Assembly: GCF_030684315.1 (NCBI RefSeq) | Contig: NC_081355.1 | Span: forward strand, 5,880,761-5,944,760 | Direction: 5' to 3' | Source of the DNA: Stegostoma tigrinum | Taxonomy: Eukaryota | DNA: 64,000 nt | The notes under the pieces: model-generated | The model's database searches: none | What the model was told of the DNA's origin: nothing | The model's input: only the letters and a program-made list of their open reading frames with translations | Program-made: the position numbers and the translations under genes | Part shown: positions 40,708 to 53,179 of the stretch, in pieces | Numbering within the stretch: the first letter of the stretch is position 1 | Layout: the number at the start of each line of letters is the position of its first letter

Positions 40708-41351
40708 AGACTGACGGGGGTGGGGGGGCATCTTATAGAAGTGTATCAGATCATGAGAAGCTGGATAAGGGTGAATGCACTGTCTTTTTTCCCCCTGAGT
40801 TGGGGGATTAAGGTCTTAAACTGATGCCGTCCAGTCAAGAGGGGAAAGAAAATGTGAGAACCTAAGGGGCAACCTTTTTTACAGAGTGATACACCTGTGG
40901 AATGAGCTTTCAGTGGAAGTGGTTGAGGCGGTTACATTAACAACATTTTTAAAAACTTTTGGATGAATCAGTGGATAGGAAAGCTTTAGAAGGGTTTGGG
41001 CTAACTGCAGGAAAATTGGGGTTAGCATGGTTTGTCGCTTTTGGGCTGAAGAGCCTCTCTGTGCTGTAGGACTCTGATTATGAATATTTTACTGTTTTCA
41101 TTAAAAACAAACTTTTTTTTTCTTAGAAACAAATTTGAAGATTTAGATTGCATTAAGTATGTGAAAGTATGGAAAAAATTTCACCAAGCTATTCCGATGC
41201 AAACTCTGCTGCATGTATTCACAAGATTCCATAAGTTGCATGCGTTCTGTTTCAAAACTGTTTTTTCTTTTATTTTCACACCCATCCTTGTTTTTATTTT
41301 TCCTTTTTCTTGGTTGGATTCCTCTGTGTGTTTAATACAATCCCTGTCCAG

Positions 41352-41423
41352 TCCTGGAATTTGAACTACGGAAAGCCAAGGAGACCATTCAGTCCCTTCG
41401 TGCCAACCTGACACAAGCTGCAG
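41352..41423 (+). CDS. RELCH: RELCH exon 3 (VLEFELRKAKETIQSLRANLTQAA)
   Basis: Coiled-coil peptide; gtccag| and |gtggtg; 72 nt. Confidence 0.95.
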
Positions 41424-41529
41424 GTGGTGTACATTATACTTTCTTCTCTTTCTGCTTTCATAATGCATAAACAAACCTCAAACATTTAACATTCGTGTAA
41501 ATCTACTTTTGCTTTTTCAGCCTTCACAG

Positions 41530-41585
41530 AAAATGATGTTCCTTTACAGGAACGGAAAAATTATAAATCCAGCCCTGAAATGCAG
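41530..41585 (+). CDS. RELCH: RELCH exon 4 (ENDVPLQERKNYKSSPEMQ)
   Basis: cacag| (alternative ttttcag| at 41520) and |gtaaga; 56 nt. Confidence 0.92.
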
Positions 41586-43589
41586 GTAAGATATTGTGGG
41601 GGCAAAGAAAATAAGTTTTAATTTATTGGGAAGCTTGATTCTACCAGAGGAAGCAAAATGCCTTCATGGAGCATGGGTTTTTTTGGGTGTTTGAACACCT
41701 GGCCTTGTTTTTTGGAATAAAGATGTTCTTTTAATTAGTGGGATTGGTAAAGTAAAATTGATCCTTGCTCCTTTTTCAGTTGAATTATTTGTGTCTGAAA
41801 GCATATATTTTTGATTTATACTTTGCCTATCCTATGACAAATTCTTAAACTTCCTTGGTTATATTACAGAAGTAGGCAATATCCATTCATACCAACAGTG
41901 TCTTTTCTAAGTTATCCTCTATTTTTGTCTTTCGGATACTACTTTAACTGCCTTAACACTACAGTCTGTTGAGTTGCAATTAACAGAGGTAGTCGTATCT
42001 TACCAACTTCCATGATTTGGCACATTGCAAATCCCGACAATGTTTGTTAATGCAGAATCTATGGTAACCACTTTGTTTTCTCCACCACTCTCCTGCCACA
42101 TCCCCAAAAAGTTAACCACAAAAAATAAGAATGCACCAAATGTTTTTAGTTGTTCACAGGTTATGGTTTCCAATGTACAGTCTGTTATGCTACACATTCT
42201 CCTCAGATACATTTCCATGCTGTGTTCAATTACTTCTCCAAAAGTCCAAGCACAGTCGTTCTCATGCCCCATCTGAGTTGTAAATAATAATCCTTTTCTC
42301 CTTGATTCCCAGAAAGCACTTTTGCCTTGCTTCTCCCTTGCTGGCATTTTCAAAGATTACTGCACAAAATAAAAGATCCTCGTGTAAGGACGGGAGGTCA
42401 ACATTGTAGCATGCTCGTTATCTGGGATTCCAGAAACTACCCACCTGTAAAACTGTTAAATTTCTGTGATCCGATCTGAATGTATAACTTGGAATTGGGG
42501 TGCATAAAGAAAAACATGTATTTCTGATTTGATTGTTGAAATTCACTTGTATCTCAAATTGCCTTTTCCTGTGTGTTATCTGAACAGTTTTCTAAAAATA
42601 TGAAGCAATGCAACGTTCTAGATGAAGCAGTGAGCACGATCAATGGTGCAGACTGAGCACTGATGTTGTAGGCATGCTCGCCGAGCCGGTGGGTTTGGTT
42701 GCAGATGTTTCATCATCAAACCTGCTGGTTCAGTCTATAGCCTCATCCGCAACCTGAGCACTTTCTAATCTCCAAATCGCTCACTCTGATTGTTGAATTT
42801 CAGTTCTCAAAATTATAATGACTTCTTCTATTCGGCAATCTCGTTCTTATTTTCATTTTTACTGCTGTTTTTATGTGAGCAGAGTACTTATGGATATAAT
42901 AGTTTTAAATTTGTATTCAAAAGCTGTTCGTACAATGTAAAGCTGTAAAGACAGCAAAGAGATTTAAGGTGATCAAAATTGATGGGGTTGAATAAGCAAA
43001 TAAAAAGCAACATATTCCATCAGCAGGAGAGTCATTAACCCAAAGAGACAGATTTATGTTAATCGGCAAGAGGGCTGGGGAGATGAGAATTTTTTTGGCA
43101 GCAATTTATGATTGCAATTCACTGTTTGATTGTTGGAAATGAATTTGAGAGTAACTTTTGAAAGGGAATTCAATTATAATTGAAGAGTATATATTCACAG
43201 GGTTGTGGAGTAATACTGGGGGAATGAGAATAATTGGGTCCTTCTTTCAAGGCCAACACAAACACAGTGAGCCATATGCCTTGTTTTGTTCTGTTCTGTA
43301 AGATTGTATTGTATGATTCTATAAGGTCCAAGACATGTACGTTGCATTTCTTAATGAAGCAGTAATTGTTTTAATACTCAGCATCAACCCATGTCAACCT
43401 GAGCCCTTAGTAAGTTAAATATTGGTTTTAGATTATTTTTCAATTTACTTCCACTTAAACTAGATGAAATAGAATTAAGTATAGTTATGGTGCATTTTTA
43501 CAAAAATGTGCGTTGTTGATAAAGAAGCCAGGGTTGTATGTTTCTTAAAGAAAGTAATGTGAGTATTGGTCTCTCGAGTGAGCCTGAGG

Positions 43590-44745
43590 AATTAACAATG
43601 GGAAGTTCAAAATGGTAAAAGCATTCAGATGTTTTGCCTGCTTTCACTCTTGAGGACATAAATGATATCACAGAAATCCTTGTAACTCGAAAGGCAAAAT
43701 GAAGGGAAGGACTTAAAACAATTACAACCACCAATGAAATGGAAAACTATTAGAACTGAAGGCTGTAAAGTCACTAGGACCTGATGGCCTGCATCTTAAG
43801 ATCTTAAAAGAAGTTGCTACTGAGATAGTAGGTGCATGGTTTTTAATCTTCCAAATACTAAAAACAACAAGTTAATGTTCTGAGTCCAGGCACCCTTCAT
43901 CTGAACCGATAAATGGTAATTGGAGTTGAAGCATTAACTCTATTGTACTTTTTTGCAGATTCTGACAGACCTGTCTAGTTCCTCCAACACTTGTTTTTTT
44001 CAGTTTTTGTTTGAGTTCCAGCATTCACAGTTCTTTGTTTTATTTAAGCTACAGATCAGTTCGCTGAACATCAGCCATTAGAGAAAATGTTAGAATCTTT
44101 AGGTGGTTGTAGCCAACACTTTAATCTCAAAATAATCAGGCAGAGTCAACATGGTTTTGTGAAAAGGAAATCACAATTGACCAATTTATTGGTGTTCTTT
44201 TGAGGAGTGTAACAAACAGTATGGACAAAAGGGAACCTATGGATGTCGTATGCATGGATTTCCAGAAGGCATTTTCAAAGATTACTGCACAAAATAAGAG
44301 GTCCTGGTGGAAGGTCTATAGGGTCAACATTTTAGCGTAGTTAGATTAATTAGCTGCCAGTAGGTAGAGAATAAAGATGGTTGGCTCTTTTCAGGTTGGC
44401 AAGCTGTATCTAATAGAATATCACAGGACTGGGCCCTCAACTATTTGCAATCTATGTTAATGACATGGATGAAGTTACTGAATTTTAGGCTGCTATGTTT
44501 ATTGATGGCCCAAATGTAGGTGGGAAAATAAGAAGAAATGAGACTACAATTTCATTATAAATAGGTTGTGTGAGTGGGCAAAAATTTAACAGAAGGAGTA
44601 CAACATGGAAAAAATGTGAACATGTCTACTTTATCGGAAAGAACAGAGCAGCAGGTTCTATTTAAAGGGAGAGAGTTTGCCGAACCCTACGATCTGGAGG
44701 AATTTCGATGAATCACAAAAAATTGTATGCGGTACATCATGTGAC
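43590..44745 (+). mobile_element. Old CR1 fragment with nested family-B fold-back (~43860-44045)
   Basis: GPDGLH, SQHGF and MDFQKAF-like remnants; insert gttaatgttctgagtccaggcacccttcatc. Confidence 0.65.
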
Positions 44746-44749
44746 TAGG

Positions 44750-45065
44750 AGGTGATGGTATTATTACTGGAATATTAATCCAGAGATCGAGGTAATACTC
44801 TGAGGGTATGGGTTCCAATCCTGCCAGGGGAGATGGTGTAATTTGAATTCAGTTATTTTTTTAAATTTTGAATTAAACATCTAATGAAGACCATGAAACC
44901 ATTGTCAGTTGTTTGAACCCATCCTGGTTCACTAATTCCTTTTTGGAAAGGACAGCCATCCTTACATGGCCTGGCCTGTAACACCAGACCCACAGGAATG
45001 TGACTTGCTCTTAACTGTCTCCTGGGCAGCAAAGATGAGGAATAAATACCCACATTGCATGAATA
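44750..45065 (+). mobile_element. tRNA-derived SINE (same family as 29135-29480)
   Basis: Collinear similarity to 29135-29480. Confidence 0.65.
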
Positions 45066-45371
45066 TTTATTTTTAAGTCCTTCTATAAACTGATCAATAA
45101 CGTAATTACCTTGTGTGTACTGTTTTGGAAGAGAATGAGTGTTGTATCTTCAATCATGTTCCAATGATGTGAATGTGAAACAATAATGGGAAATTATGTT
45201 CCTAAAGTTTTTGATGATTGATAAAGGATTTTTGTTAATATCTGTAGAAGGGTGAAGCTTGCTTAGCTACTTTAATCTAGCCTGTGAGGAAAAAACTTGA
45301 TGTTTTCCATTCACAGAATATTCATGGATGCTTTGTTTTACCGAGCTCAAATTTTCATTTTTCTTATATAG

Positions 45372-45485
45372 GAAGCTGTTAAACCTCTTGAGAAAAGAGC
45401 ATTAAATTTCCTAGTGAATGAATATTTATTGAAGATTAATTACAAACTCACTTCAATAACCTTTTCAGATGAAAATGACGACCAG
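45372..45485 (+). CDS. RELCH: RELCH exon 5, LisH motif (EAVKPLEKRALNFLVNEYLLKINYKLTSITFSDENDDQ)
   Basis: LisH-like LNFLVNEYL...YKLTSITF; atatag| and |gtaata; 114 nt. Confidence 0.96.
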
Positions 45486-46722
45486 GTAATAATATTTCAA
45501 GTATACATTATGCAGAATCAAGTGTTAATTAATATTTGAATACTGTTTACTTTCTTTGATGTAGAACATGCCTATTTGTATAAAGATTCCTTGTAGCCTT
45601 TAAGTGGTGTGTCTGAACAGAATGGTTGATGGAAGAGTCACCATTACGTTTACAACTGGTTGTTTTGAATGATTTATATTGAATATTCAAGTGTACATGA
45701 CAATTCAGAAAGACAGGGACATGGAGAGAGTTGGTACCTTAAAAAAACTAGTGCAGTAGTGGGTGATGATCTCAGTTCTAAAGATGAAGAATCAGTTTGG
45801 GTAGTGATAAATAATAAATGTAAGAAGTAATTTATGGAAGTAGTTGAGATGCCTGTGAGCATTAGGGATGTAACTGAAGAAATATAAAGGGTTTAAGAAT
45901 GATTGATTGTGTAAGATTTCAATCTGTATGGATTAGACCAATTAGGTTGGCAAAAGTAGCCTACATGGTAAGTTTATGAGTGTTTTTGGGACAGTTTCGA
46001 AGAGCAGCGTGTTCTACAAAGCAAACTATTCTGCCTCTGGCAATGTGTGAAGAGACAGGATTAATTAACGACCTCATAGTAAAGGTGCCCCCGGTAAACA
46101 GGAAAATAAGTCTTTTCTTCTCTGAAATATATCTTATGTGTTTTGCTTTCTTCTCTGTGTCATCTTCGTGTGAAGACAGAGGAAGAGATGAATGCTTGCT
46201 GTCTGCAGCCACTGGACGTGTTTTCCAATCTGCTGCTCTTGGCGCCTAAAGCTTTTTAACACTCTATCACTTGAACTGCTTCCAAAAAGCAACATTGTTA
46301 CACAGCTAACCAATGTATTCAGCACGTGATTTTCAAGTTGCAGAACTTTGCTGGTACTCCAATTGTAGCTGTCTAACTTCCATTGCATTTTGTGGTCCCC
46401 AAGAAAAGGAAAAATGTGGTTTATTAAAATACCTAATAACGTTTTGTCTGTGTATAATTTAATTAGTGCCGAGACACCGGCCCCTGCCATTGTCTGGTCC
46501 AGTTGATTATTCCACTGGTTGATCCAGTTTGAACTTGGGTAAAGTTGGACCATGTACGTTTTCCTGTGATTATTACAGATTCACAAAATCCAGTGCAAAA
46601 ATTATTTTTAGTTGCAAGGCACTTGTGTTTAATCAGTATTATACTTGGTAATGCATTTAATTTAGTGATTGAAAAGTTCCCATGGAAAATATTATTCAGT
46701 GTTTTCTGTTCAACAACTTTAG

Positions 46723-46920
46723 GATTTTGAGTTGTGGGATGATGTTGGATTAAACATTCCGAAGCCGCCAGACCTGTTGCAGATGTATCGGGAGTATGGA
46801 AGCCATACAACCTCATCAAAAGAAATGAAGGATGTGGCTGTTGGAATCGAACCAGGTGACTTGGAAGTGCTACCGAGTGTCCAAGAACCAGCCACTTTGC
46901 AGCACCTGCAGTTAGAAGAG
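46723..46920 (+). CDS. RELCH: RELCH exon 6 (DFELWDDVGLNIPKPPDLLQMYREYG...LEE)
   Basis: Overlaps ORF 46732-46956; ctttag| and |gtaaga; 198 nt. Confidence 0.95.
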
Positions 46921-47382
46921 GTAAGAGAAAGTTCAACAATGCAGAATAGTGTCTAATTTTAAATCTAGTTCAGCTGTTGAGATTATGTGAGAGCAGGATT
47001 CAAATCCAGGTGTTTTTTTTTTACATCTGCCATTTTGTTGGGCAGGCAGAATGGGGCTCAGAAATACAGCTTAAACTAGTAGCTTTTTAATAAATGTTAA
47101 ACCAAATTTGTTCAGGAAAAGATTAAAAATAAAATGCTCCCTTTGTGTCATTAATTTGTATTTGATGTATGCTACATCGCATTCTGAAAATGAGAAAACG
47201 TACTCTTGGTAGCCCCATAGCTGATGTCTTGTGGGATCATGCAAATCAGGATGGGTGCAGATCCAAGCTATGCTGTATGCTTAGCTTGCTGTTTCTACCT
47301 AAAAGTAGAGGGTTAGATTCAATTGTTGGTTTATATTCCATAGATATTACCTACTATTCATAGTCATAAGCGTATAAGATTA

Positions 47383-49540
47383 CATAGAACATTACAGCAC
47401 AGTACAGGCCCTTCGGCCCTCGATGTTGTGCCGACCTGTCATACCGATCTGAAGCCCATCTAACCTACACTATTCCATGTACGTCCATATGCTTATCCAA
47501 TGACGACTTTAACGTACTTAAAGTTGGCGAATCTACTACCGTTGCAGGCAAAGCGTTCTATTCCCTCACTACTCTCTGAGTAAAGAAACTACCTCTGACA
47601 TCTGTCCTATATCTTTCACCCCTCAGTTTAAAGCTATCCCCCCTCGTGCTCGCCGTCACCATCCTAGGAAAAAGGCTCTCCCAATCCACCCTTTCTAACC
47701 CTCTGATTATTTTATATGTTTCAATTAAGTCACCTCTCAATCTCAACCTTCTTCTCTCTAATAAAAACAGCCTCAAGTCCCTCAGCCTTTCCTCGATACC
47801 AGGCAACATCCTAGTAAGTCTCTGCACCCTTTCCAAAGCTTCCACATCCTTCTTACAATGCCGTGACCAGAACTGTACTCAATACTCCAAGTGCGGCCGC
47901 ACCAGAGTTTTGTACAGCTGCAGCATAACCTCTTGGTTCCGGAACTCGATCCCTCTATTAATAAAGGCGAAAACACTGCATGCCTTCTTAACAGCCTTGT
48001 CAACCTGGGTGGCAACTTTCAAGGACCTGTGTACATGGACACCGAGATCTCTCTGCTCATCTACAATACCAAGAATCTTACCATTAGCCCAGTACTTTGC
48101 ATTCTGGTTGCTCCTACCAAAGTGCATCACCTCACACTTGTCTGCATTAAACTCCATTTGGCACCTCTCAGCCCAGCTCTGCAGCTTGTCTATGTCTCTC
48201 TGTAACTTACCGCATCCTTCATCACTATCCACAACTCCACTGACCTTGGTGTTGTCTGCAAGTTCACTAACCCATCCTTCTACGCCCTCAACCAGGTCAT
48301 TTATAAAACTGACAAACAGCAGTGGACCCAACACCGACCCTTGCCGTACTCCACTAGTAACTGGTCTCCAGGATGAACATTTCCCATCAACTACCACCCT
48401 CTGTCATCTTTCAGTAAGCCAGTTTCTGTTCCAAACTGCTATATCTCCCACAATCCCATTCCTCCGCATTTTGTACAATAGCCTACTGTAGGGAACTTTA
48501 TCGAATGCCTTGCTGAAATCCATATACACCACATCACCCGGTTTACTCTCGTCTACCTGTTTGGTCACCTTCTCAAAGAACTCAATAAGGTTTGTGAGGC
48601 ATGACCTTCCCTTCACAAAACCGTGCTGACTATCCCTAATCAATTTATTCTTTTCTAGATGATTATAAATCCTGTCCCTTATAACCTTTTCCAACACTTT
48701 ACCAACAACTGAGGTAAGGCTCACTGGTCTATAATTACCAGGGTTATCTCTACTCCCCTTCTTGAACAGGGGAACTACATTTGCTATCCTCCAGTCATCT
48801 GGCACTATTCCTGTAGACAATGACGAGTTAAAGATGAATGCCAAAGGCTCGGCAATCTCCTCCCTGGCTTCCCAGAGGATCCTAGGATAAATCCCATCTG
48901 GCCCAGGGGACATATCTATCTTCACCCTCTGTAGGATTTCTAATACCTCTTCCTTGTGAACCTCCATCCCACCTAGTCTAGTAGCCTGTATCTCCGTATT
49001 CTCCTCGACAACATTGTCGTTTTCTAGAGTGAATACTGTCGCAAAATATTCATTTAATGCTTCCCCTATCATCTCTGACTCCACACACAACTTCCCACTA
49101 CTATCTTTGATTGGCCCAAATCTTACTTTCGTCAATCTTTTATTCCTTAAATACCTATAGAAAGCCTTAGGGTTTACCCTGATCCTATCCGCCAACAACT
49201 TCTCATGTCTCCTCCTGGCTCTTCTGAGCTCTCTCTCTAGGTCTTTCCTGGCTACCTCGTAGCCCTCAAGCGCCCTAACTGAGCCTTCACATCTCATCCT
49301 AATATAAGCCGCCTTCTTCCTCTTGACCAGAGATTCCACCTCCTTCGAAAACTTCGGCTCCCGCTCTCTACAGCTTCCTCCCTGCCTGACAGGTACGTAC
49401 TTATCTAGGACACACAGGAGATTTTCCTTAAATAAGCTCCACATTTCTAATGTGCCGATCCCCTGCAGTTTCCTTCCCCATCCTATGCTCCCTCAATCTT
49501 GCCTAATCTCATCGTAATTGCTTTCCCTCAGCTATAACTC
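47383..49540 (-). mobile_element. 5'-truncated CR1 LINE with long ORF2 remnant
   Basis: ORFs 48404-49444 (346 aa) and 47879-48397 with RT motifs; catalytic FADD mutated to LADN; frameshift near 48400. Confidence 0.94.
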
Positions 49541-49544
49541 TTGG

Positions 49545-50110
49545 GGATTCGACACTCTGGAGGCAGGAAGCATGTTTCTGCTGATGAGTGAGTCCAGAAC
49601 CAGAGGACACAGTTTAAAAATGAGGGGTAGGCCATTTAGAACAGAGTTGAGGAGAAACTTCTTCACCCAGAGAGTGGTGGATATATGGAATGCTGTGCCC
49701 CAGAAGGCAGTGGAGGCCAAGTCTCTGGATACTTTCAAGAAAGAGATAGAGTTCTTAAAGATAGTGGAATCAAGGGTTATGGGGATAAGGCAAGAACAGG
49801 ATACTGATTGTGGATGATCATAATGAATGGTGGTGCTGGCTCGAAGGGCCGAATGGCCTACTCCAGCACCTATTGTCTATTGTCATAAATATGTCCAGCA
49901 TGGAAACAGACGCTGCGGTCCAACTCATCTATGCTACCAGATATCTTGAATTCACGAGTCCAATATGCCAGCATTTGGCCCATTACCTCTGAGCCTTTCC
50001 TATTCACGTACTTGTACTTGTCCACGTGCCTTCGCCATTTCCTGTGGCAGCTTATTCCATACATGCACTACCCTCTGCATGAAAAAGTTGCCCCTTAGGT
50101 TCTTTTTATA
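49545..50110. mobile_element. Two further CR1 3' ends (+ to ~49883, then -)
   Basis: RTRGHSLK..RRNFFTQRVVDIWN; ctattgtctattgtc tail, then a reverse-oriented 3' end. Confidence 0.75.
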
Positions 50111-50416
50111 ATTTTTTCCCCCCCTCCCATCTTCTCCATTCCAATTGTTAAATAAACAACCCAGAACAAAACATTATAGACATTTTAATACGGAAATCTC
50201 TGTGAAGTTTTTAAAGTGACCTGGTATGTGCTTCTATCACCAACCCCATCCCCCCCCACCCCCAAATCCCCAAGCAAGTAATGTCCTATTTAAATATTTT
50301 GCTTTAACTTAAATACTGGATAAGGTCTTGCTTAAAATAGGTCCCCACACATTACAGAATTTGCAAGGCCGTATCAAATTGATTCCTACATGTTAATATT
50401 ATATATTCTTTTCCAG

Positions 50417-50508
50417 CAAACTAAGTTAGTGCAAGAGCTACAAGATCAACTTCATATCTTAAAGAATGAGAAAATAACCCTTACAATGCAAATCAGACAG
50501 CTGAAGAG
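50417..50508 (+). CDS. RELCH: RELCH exon 7 (QTKLVQELQDQLHILKNEKITLTMQIRQLK)
   Basis: Coiled-coil heptads; ttccag| and |gtatgt; 92 nt, phase 0-2 fits neighbours. Confidence 0.88.
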
Positions 50509-50639
50509 GTATGTGAGATTGTAAAGGTATGTGGAATCTTTGGCCTCTTTAGCAAAAATTTACCTCTGTCTCCTGTGAACATTTTTAAATTTCGAATACA
50601 AGATCTGTATTTTAATACATGATGACAACTTTGTCACTC

Positions 50640-51412
50640 AGTAAGGAGCTGGAGAAGCACAGGAGGCCAGGCAGCATCAGGGGAGCAGGAAAGTTGATGT
50701 TTCGAGACAAGACCGTTCTTTGGAAATGGGGGAAGGGAGCTCTGAAATATAGAGAGAAGGGATGGGGCTGGGTTAGGTAGGGGGATCGTGACAGGTGAAT
50801 GTAGGTAGTGAGTGGTGTGGATTGGTCGGTGAGGTGGGAGAGAACATAGAACAATACAGTGCAGAACCGACCCTTTGGCCCTCGATGTTGCGCTGACCTG
50901 TGAATTAATCTAAGCCCATCCCCCTACACTCCCATCATTATCCATATGCTTGTCCCAGGACTGTTTAAATGCCCCTAACGTGGCTGAGTTAACTACATTG
51001 GCAGGCAGGGCATTCCACGGCCTTACCACTCTGAGTAAAGAACCTGCCTCTGACATCTGTCTTAAATCTATCTCCCCTCAATTTGCAGCTATGCCCCCTC
51101 AAGATGGACAAGTTGTGTCAGATCAAGGAGGCAGGGATGAGACAGAGAGTGAGTCGTGGGATGAGATTTTAAAACTGGTGAATTCCGTGTTTAGCCCATC
51201 GGACTGTATGCTCCCGAGGTGGAATATGAGGTGCTGCTCCTCCAGTTTGCAGGTAGTGTAATTGTGACACTGGAGGAGGTGCAGGATGGTCATGTCACTC
51301 GGGGAGTAGGTGGTGGGGGTAGGGGGGGTTACAAAATGGGTGGCAACCAGAAGGTGGTGTTTGTTGTGTATGTGTTATTTCTGACTCTGGCATCTGCAGT
51401 TCTTGCTATCTT
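50640..51412 (-). mobile_element. Old Penelope-like family-A element interrupted by a CR1 3' end (50842-51100)
   Basis: Reverse-strand GIY-YIG remnant; element sequence resumes after the CR1 insert; inverted tail at ~51373-51412. Confidence 0.72.
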
Positions 51413-51962
51413 CTAACAACTTATCATTTGTTTTGTCGATCATTCTTTTCACTGTCTGCAGGTCTATAAATTATCGTTGAGGGCACTTAATCCTTTGTGT
51501 TTCCTTCAACTTTAATTTAGAAACAATTCTGACTTTGTTCCACAGTATTCATTCTAAACTGCTGCAGTACGAGTTGAAGTTCCCCTCTACAGTTGGTGTC
51601 TAACTTCCTCTCCAAGCTCAATTTTTCTTAAGGCCTTGCTTCTCCACCTGACTGAGTTGTCAAATTCAATCTCCCTGTTCAGCTCCAATCCATTTGTTTT
51701 CCTGTGTTAAAGTTATCTGAACTCAAATGCCTGTTTGTGCTAAAGTTGAAGCTTATGCTTTTGTACAGAGTACCGCATAATTGTCCCTAATGACATTGCA
51801 TTGTGGCAGTTTTCATGAAAAATTTATTGGGCATGCCAATATTTGTAAATTGCACATGTGTTTGCAGTTTTACAACACAGCCAAAGTTTTTAAAACCTTC
51901 TTAACAAAATGTCAAAAAATGTTGTATTATGCACATAATTGATTTTGTTTCAATTCTAACAG

Positions 51963-52298
51963 TGAAATAGAAGAGCTCAAGCGGCAGAGTTTTGCTGCTG
52001 TGGCTACCACCTCTGACAGCTTGGTGCATCCTCCAGCCGTGACAGAACAAGTGCCTGAGAATCGAACCGTGGATAGTGGGGAGTACCTGGACATCAGAAG
52101 TTTTGAAAGGAATAGCTGTAGCGAAGAGAAGGAGGTCTCCACTTCTTGCCCAATAGACGCTATCACAAATCCTTCAAGACCTTCAGCCACGTCAGCCACA
52201 ATAACAACACTAACAACAAAGAACAAGAAAGAGACTGAACCGGCAATAGTTTGTCCTCCGTCAGCTCATGAGCCTGTTCAGTTTGATAAGCCAAACAG
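51963..52298 (+). CDS. RELCH: RELCH exon 8 (EIEELKRQ...GEYLDIR...VQFDKPNR)
   Basis: Open frame shared with ORF 52000-52341; taacag| and |gtcagt; 336 nt, phase 2-2. Confidence 0.88.
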
Positions 52299-53179
52299 GT
52301 CAGTTGCTGCTGTAAGTCATCACGGAATAACAAGCGATTGATCTGATTTGTAAGTTTACATGTGCTGTGTATCCCTTTTATCTGGTTTGCTTTCATGTAA
52401 ATTAATCTCACCTCCAATTTTGAAAGAAATCTATTTTGACAAGCCTTTTAATCTGCTTTTTACGCTTAATCGCTGAACATCTTTTTGGATTATTGTTCAC
52501 TGTCATCAGGAAAGGCTTTTACAAAACCAGTGAAATACATCAGTAGAAACTTGACTTTGAGCCTCTTGTGAAAGCTATCATCATTATGCTGTGCTTTCTG
52601 TCTAAGCAAATTTATCTAGTGCTTTTTACATATGGTCATCAAGGTCAAAGCAAATGATTGTGTAAAGATTTCCAATTCAGGGAACATAGTATCACAGGAA
52701 ATGAGCAAATTCTGGCTTCTGAATAGATCTGGACAGTTGCAAACACTTGTCCTATAATCTTCAAATGCTTAAGTGGGTCAGCAATTTGGTTTCCAGCTTT
52801 TTGGGATTTGCTATATGCTCCAACACAAATGATTTTATGGGCTAATGGGTGGGATTGGTGGAGTATGTGACTGGTGAGCTAAGATAGCAATGAAAGTTTT
52901 AATTAGGGCACATACTCAGGATATTGAAACAAATGGCCATCTGTACTCCCTGTACAAACGTAATTACCAGTTTACAGTTTTCCCTCATTTATATCCTATA
53001 GTGACAACACTACTAGCGAATGGTTGAGTGCCAGTAATAAATATCACTGAATGTCACACAGTTGAACATTCTCAGGTGGTGTGTAATGTCAAGAGACTTC
53101 TGTGGAAAAAACAGGGTGTGGTTTTGCTTTTCAATTGGATGGAGGGTAAACAGAGAGTGGAACTTTTTTGCTCCGTCAG

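Noticed and set aside
47646-48491. 281-aa plus-strand ORF
   Set aside because: Antisense frame of CR1 RT; the same antisense peptide recurs at 39610-40080
47879-49444. Possible active or domesticated reverse transcriptase
   Set aside because: 5'-truncated, frameshifted, and the catalytic FADD is mutated to LADN
52312-52317. GTAAGT alternative donor 13 nt after RELCH exon 8
   Set aside because: Would shift the frame into exon 9; no support for its use
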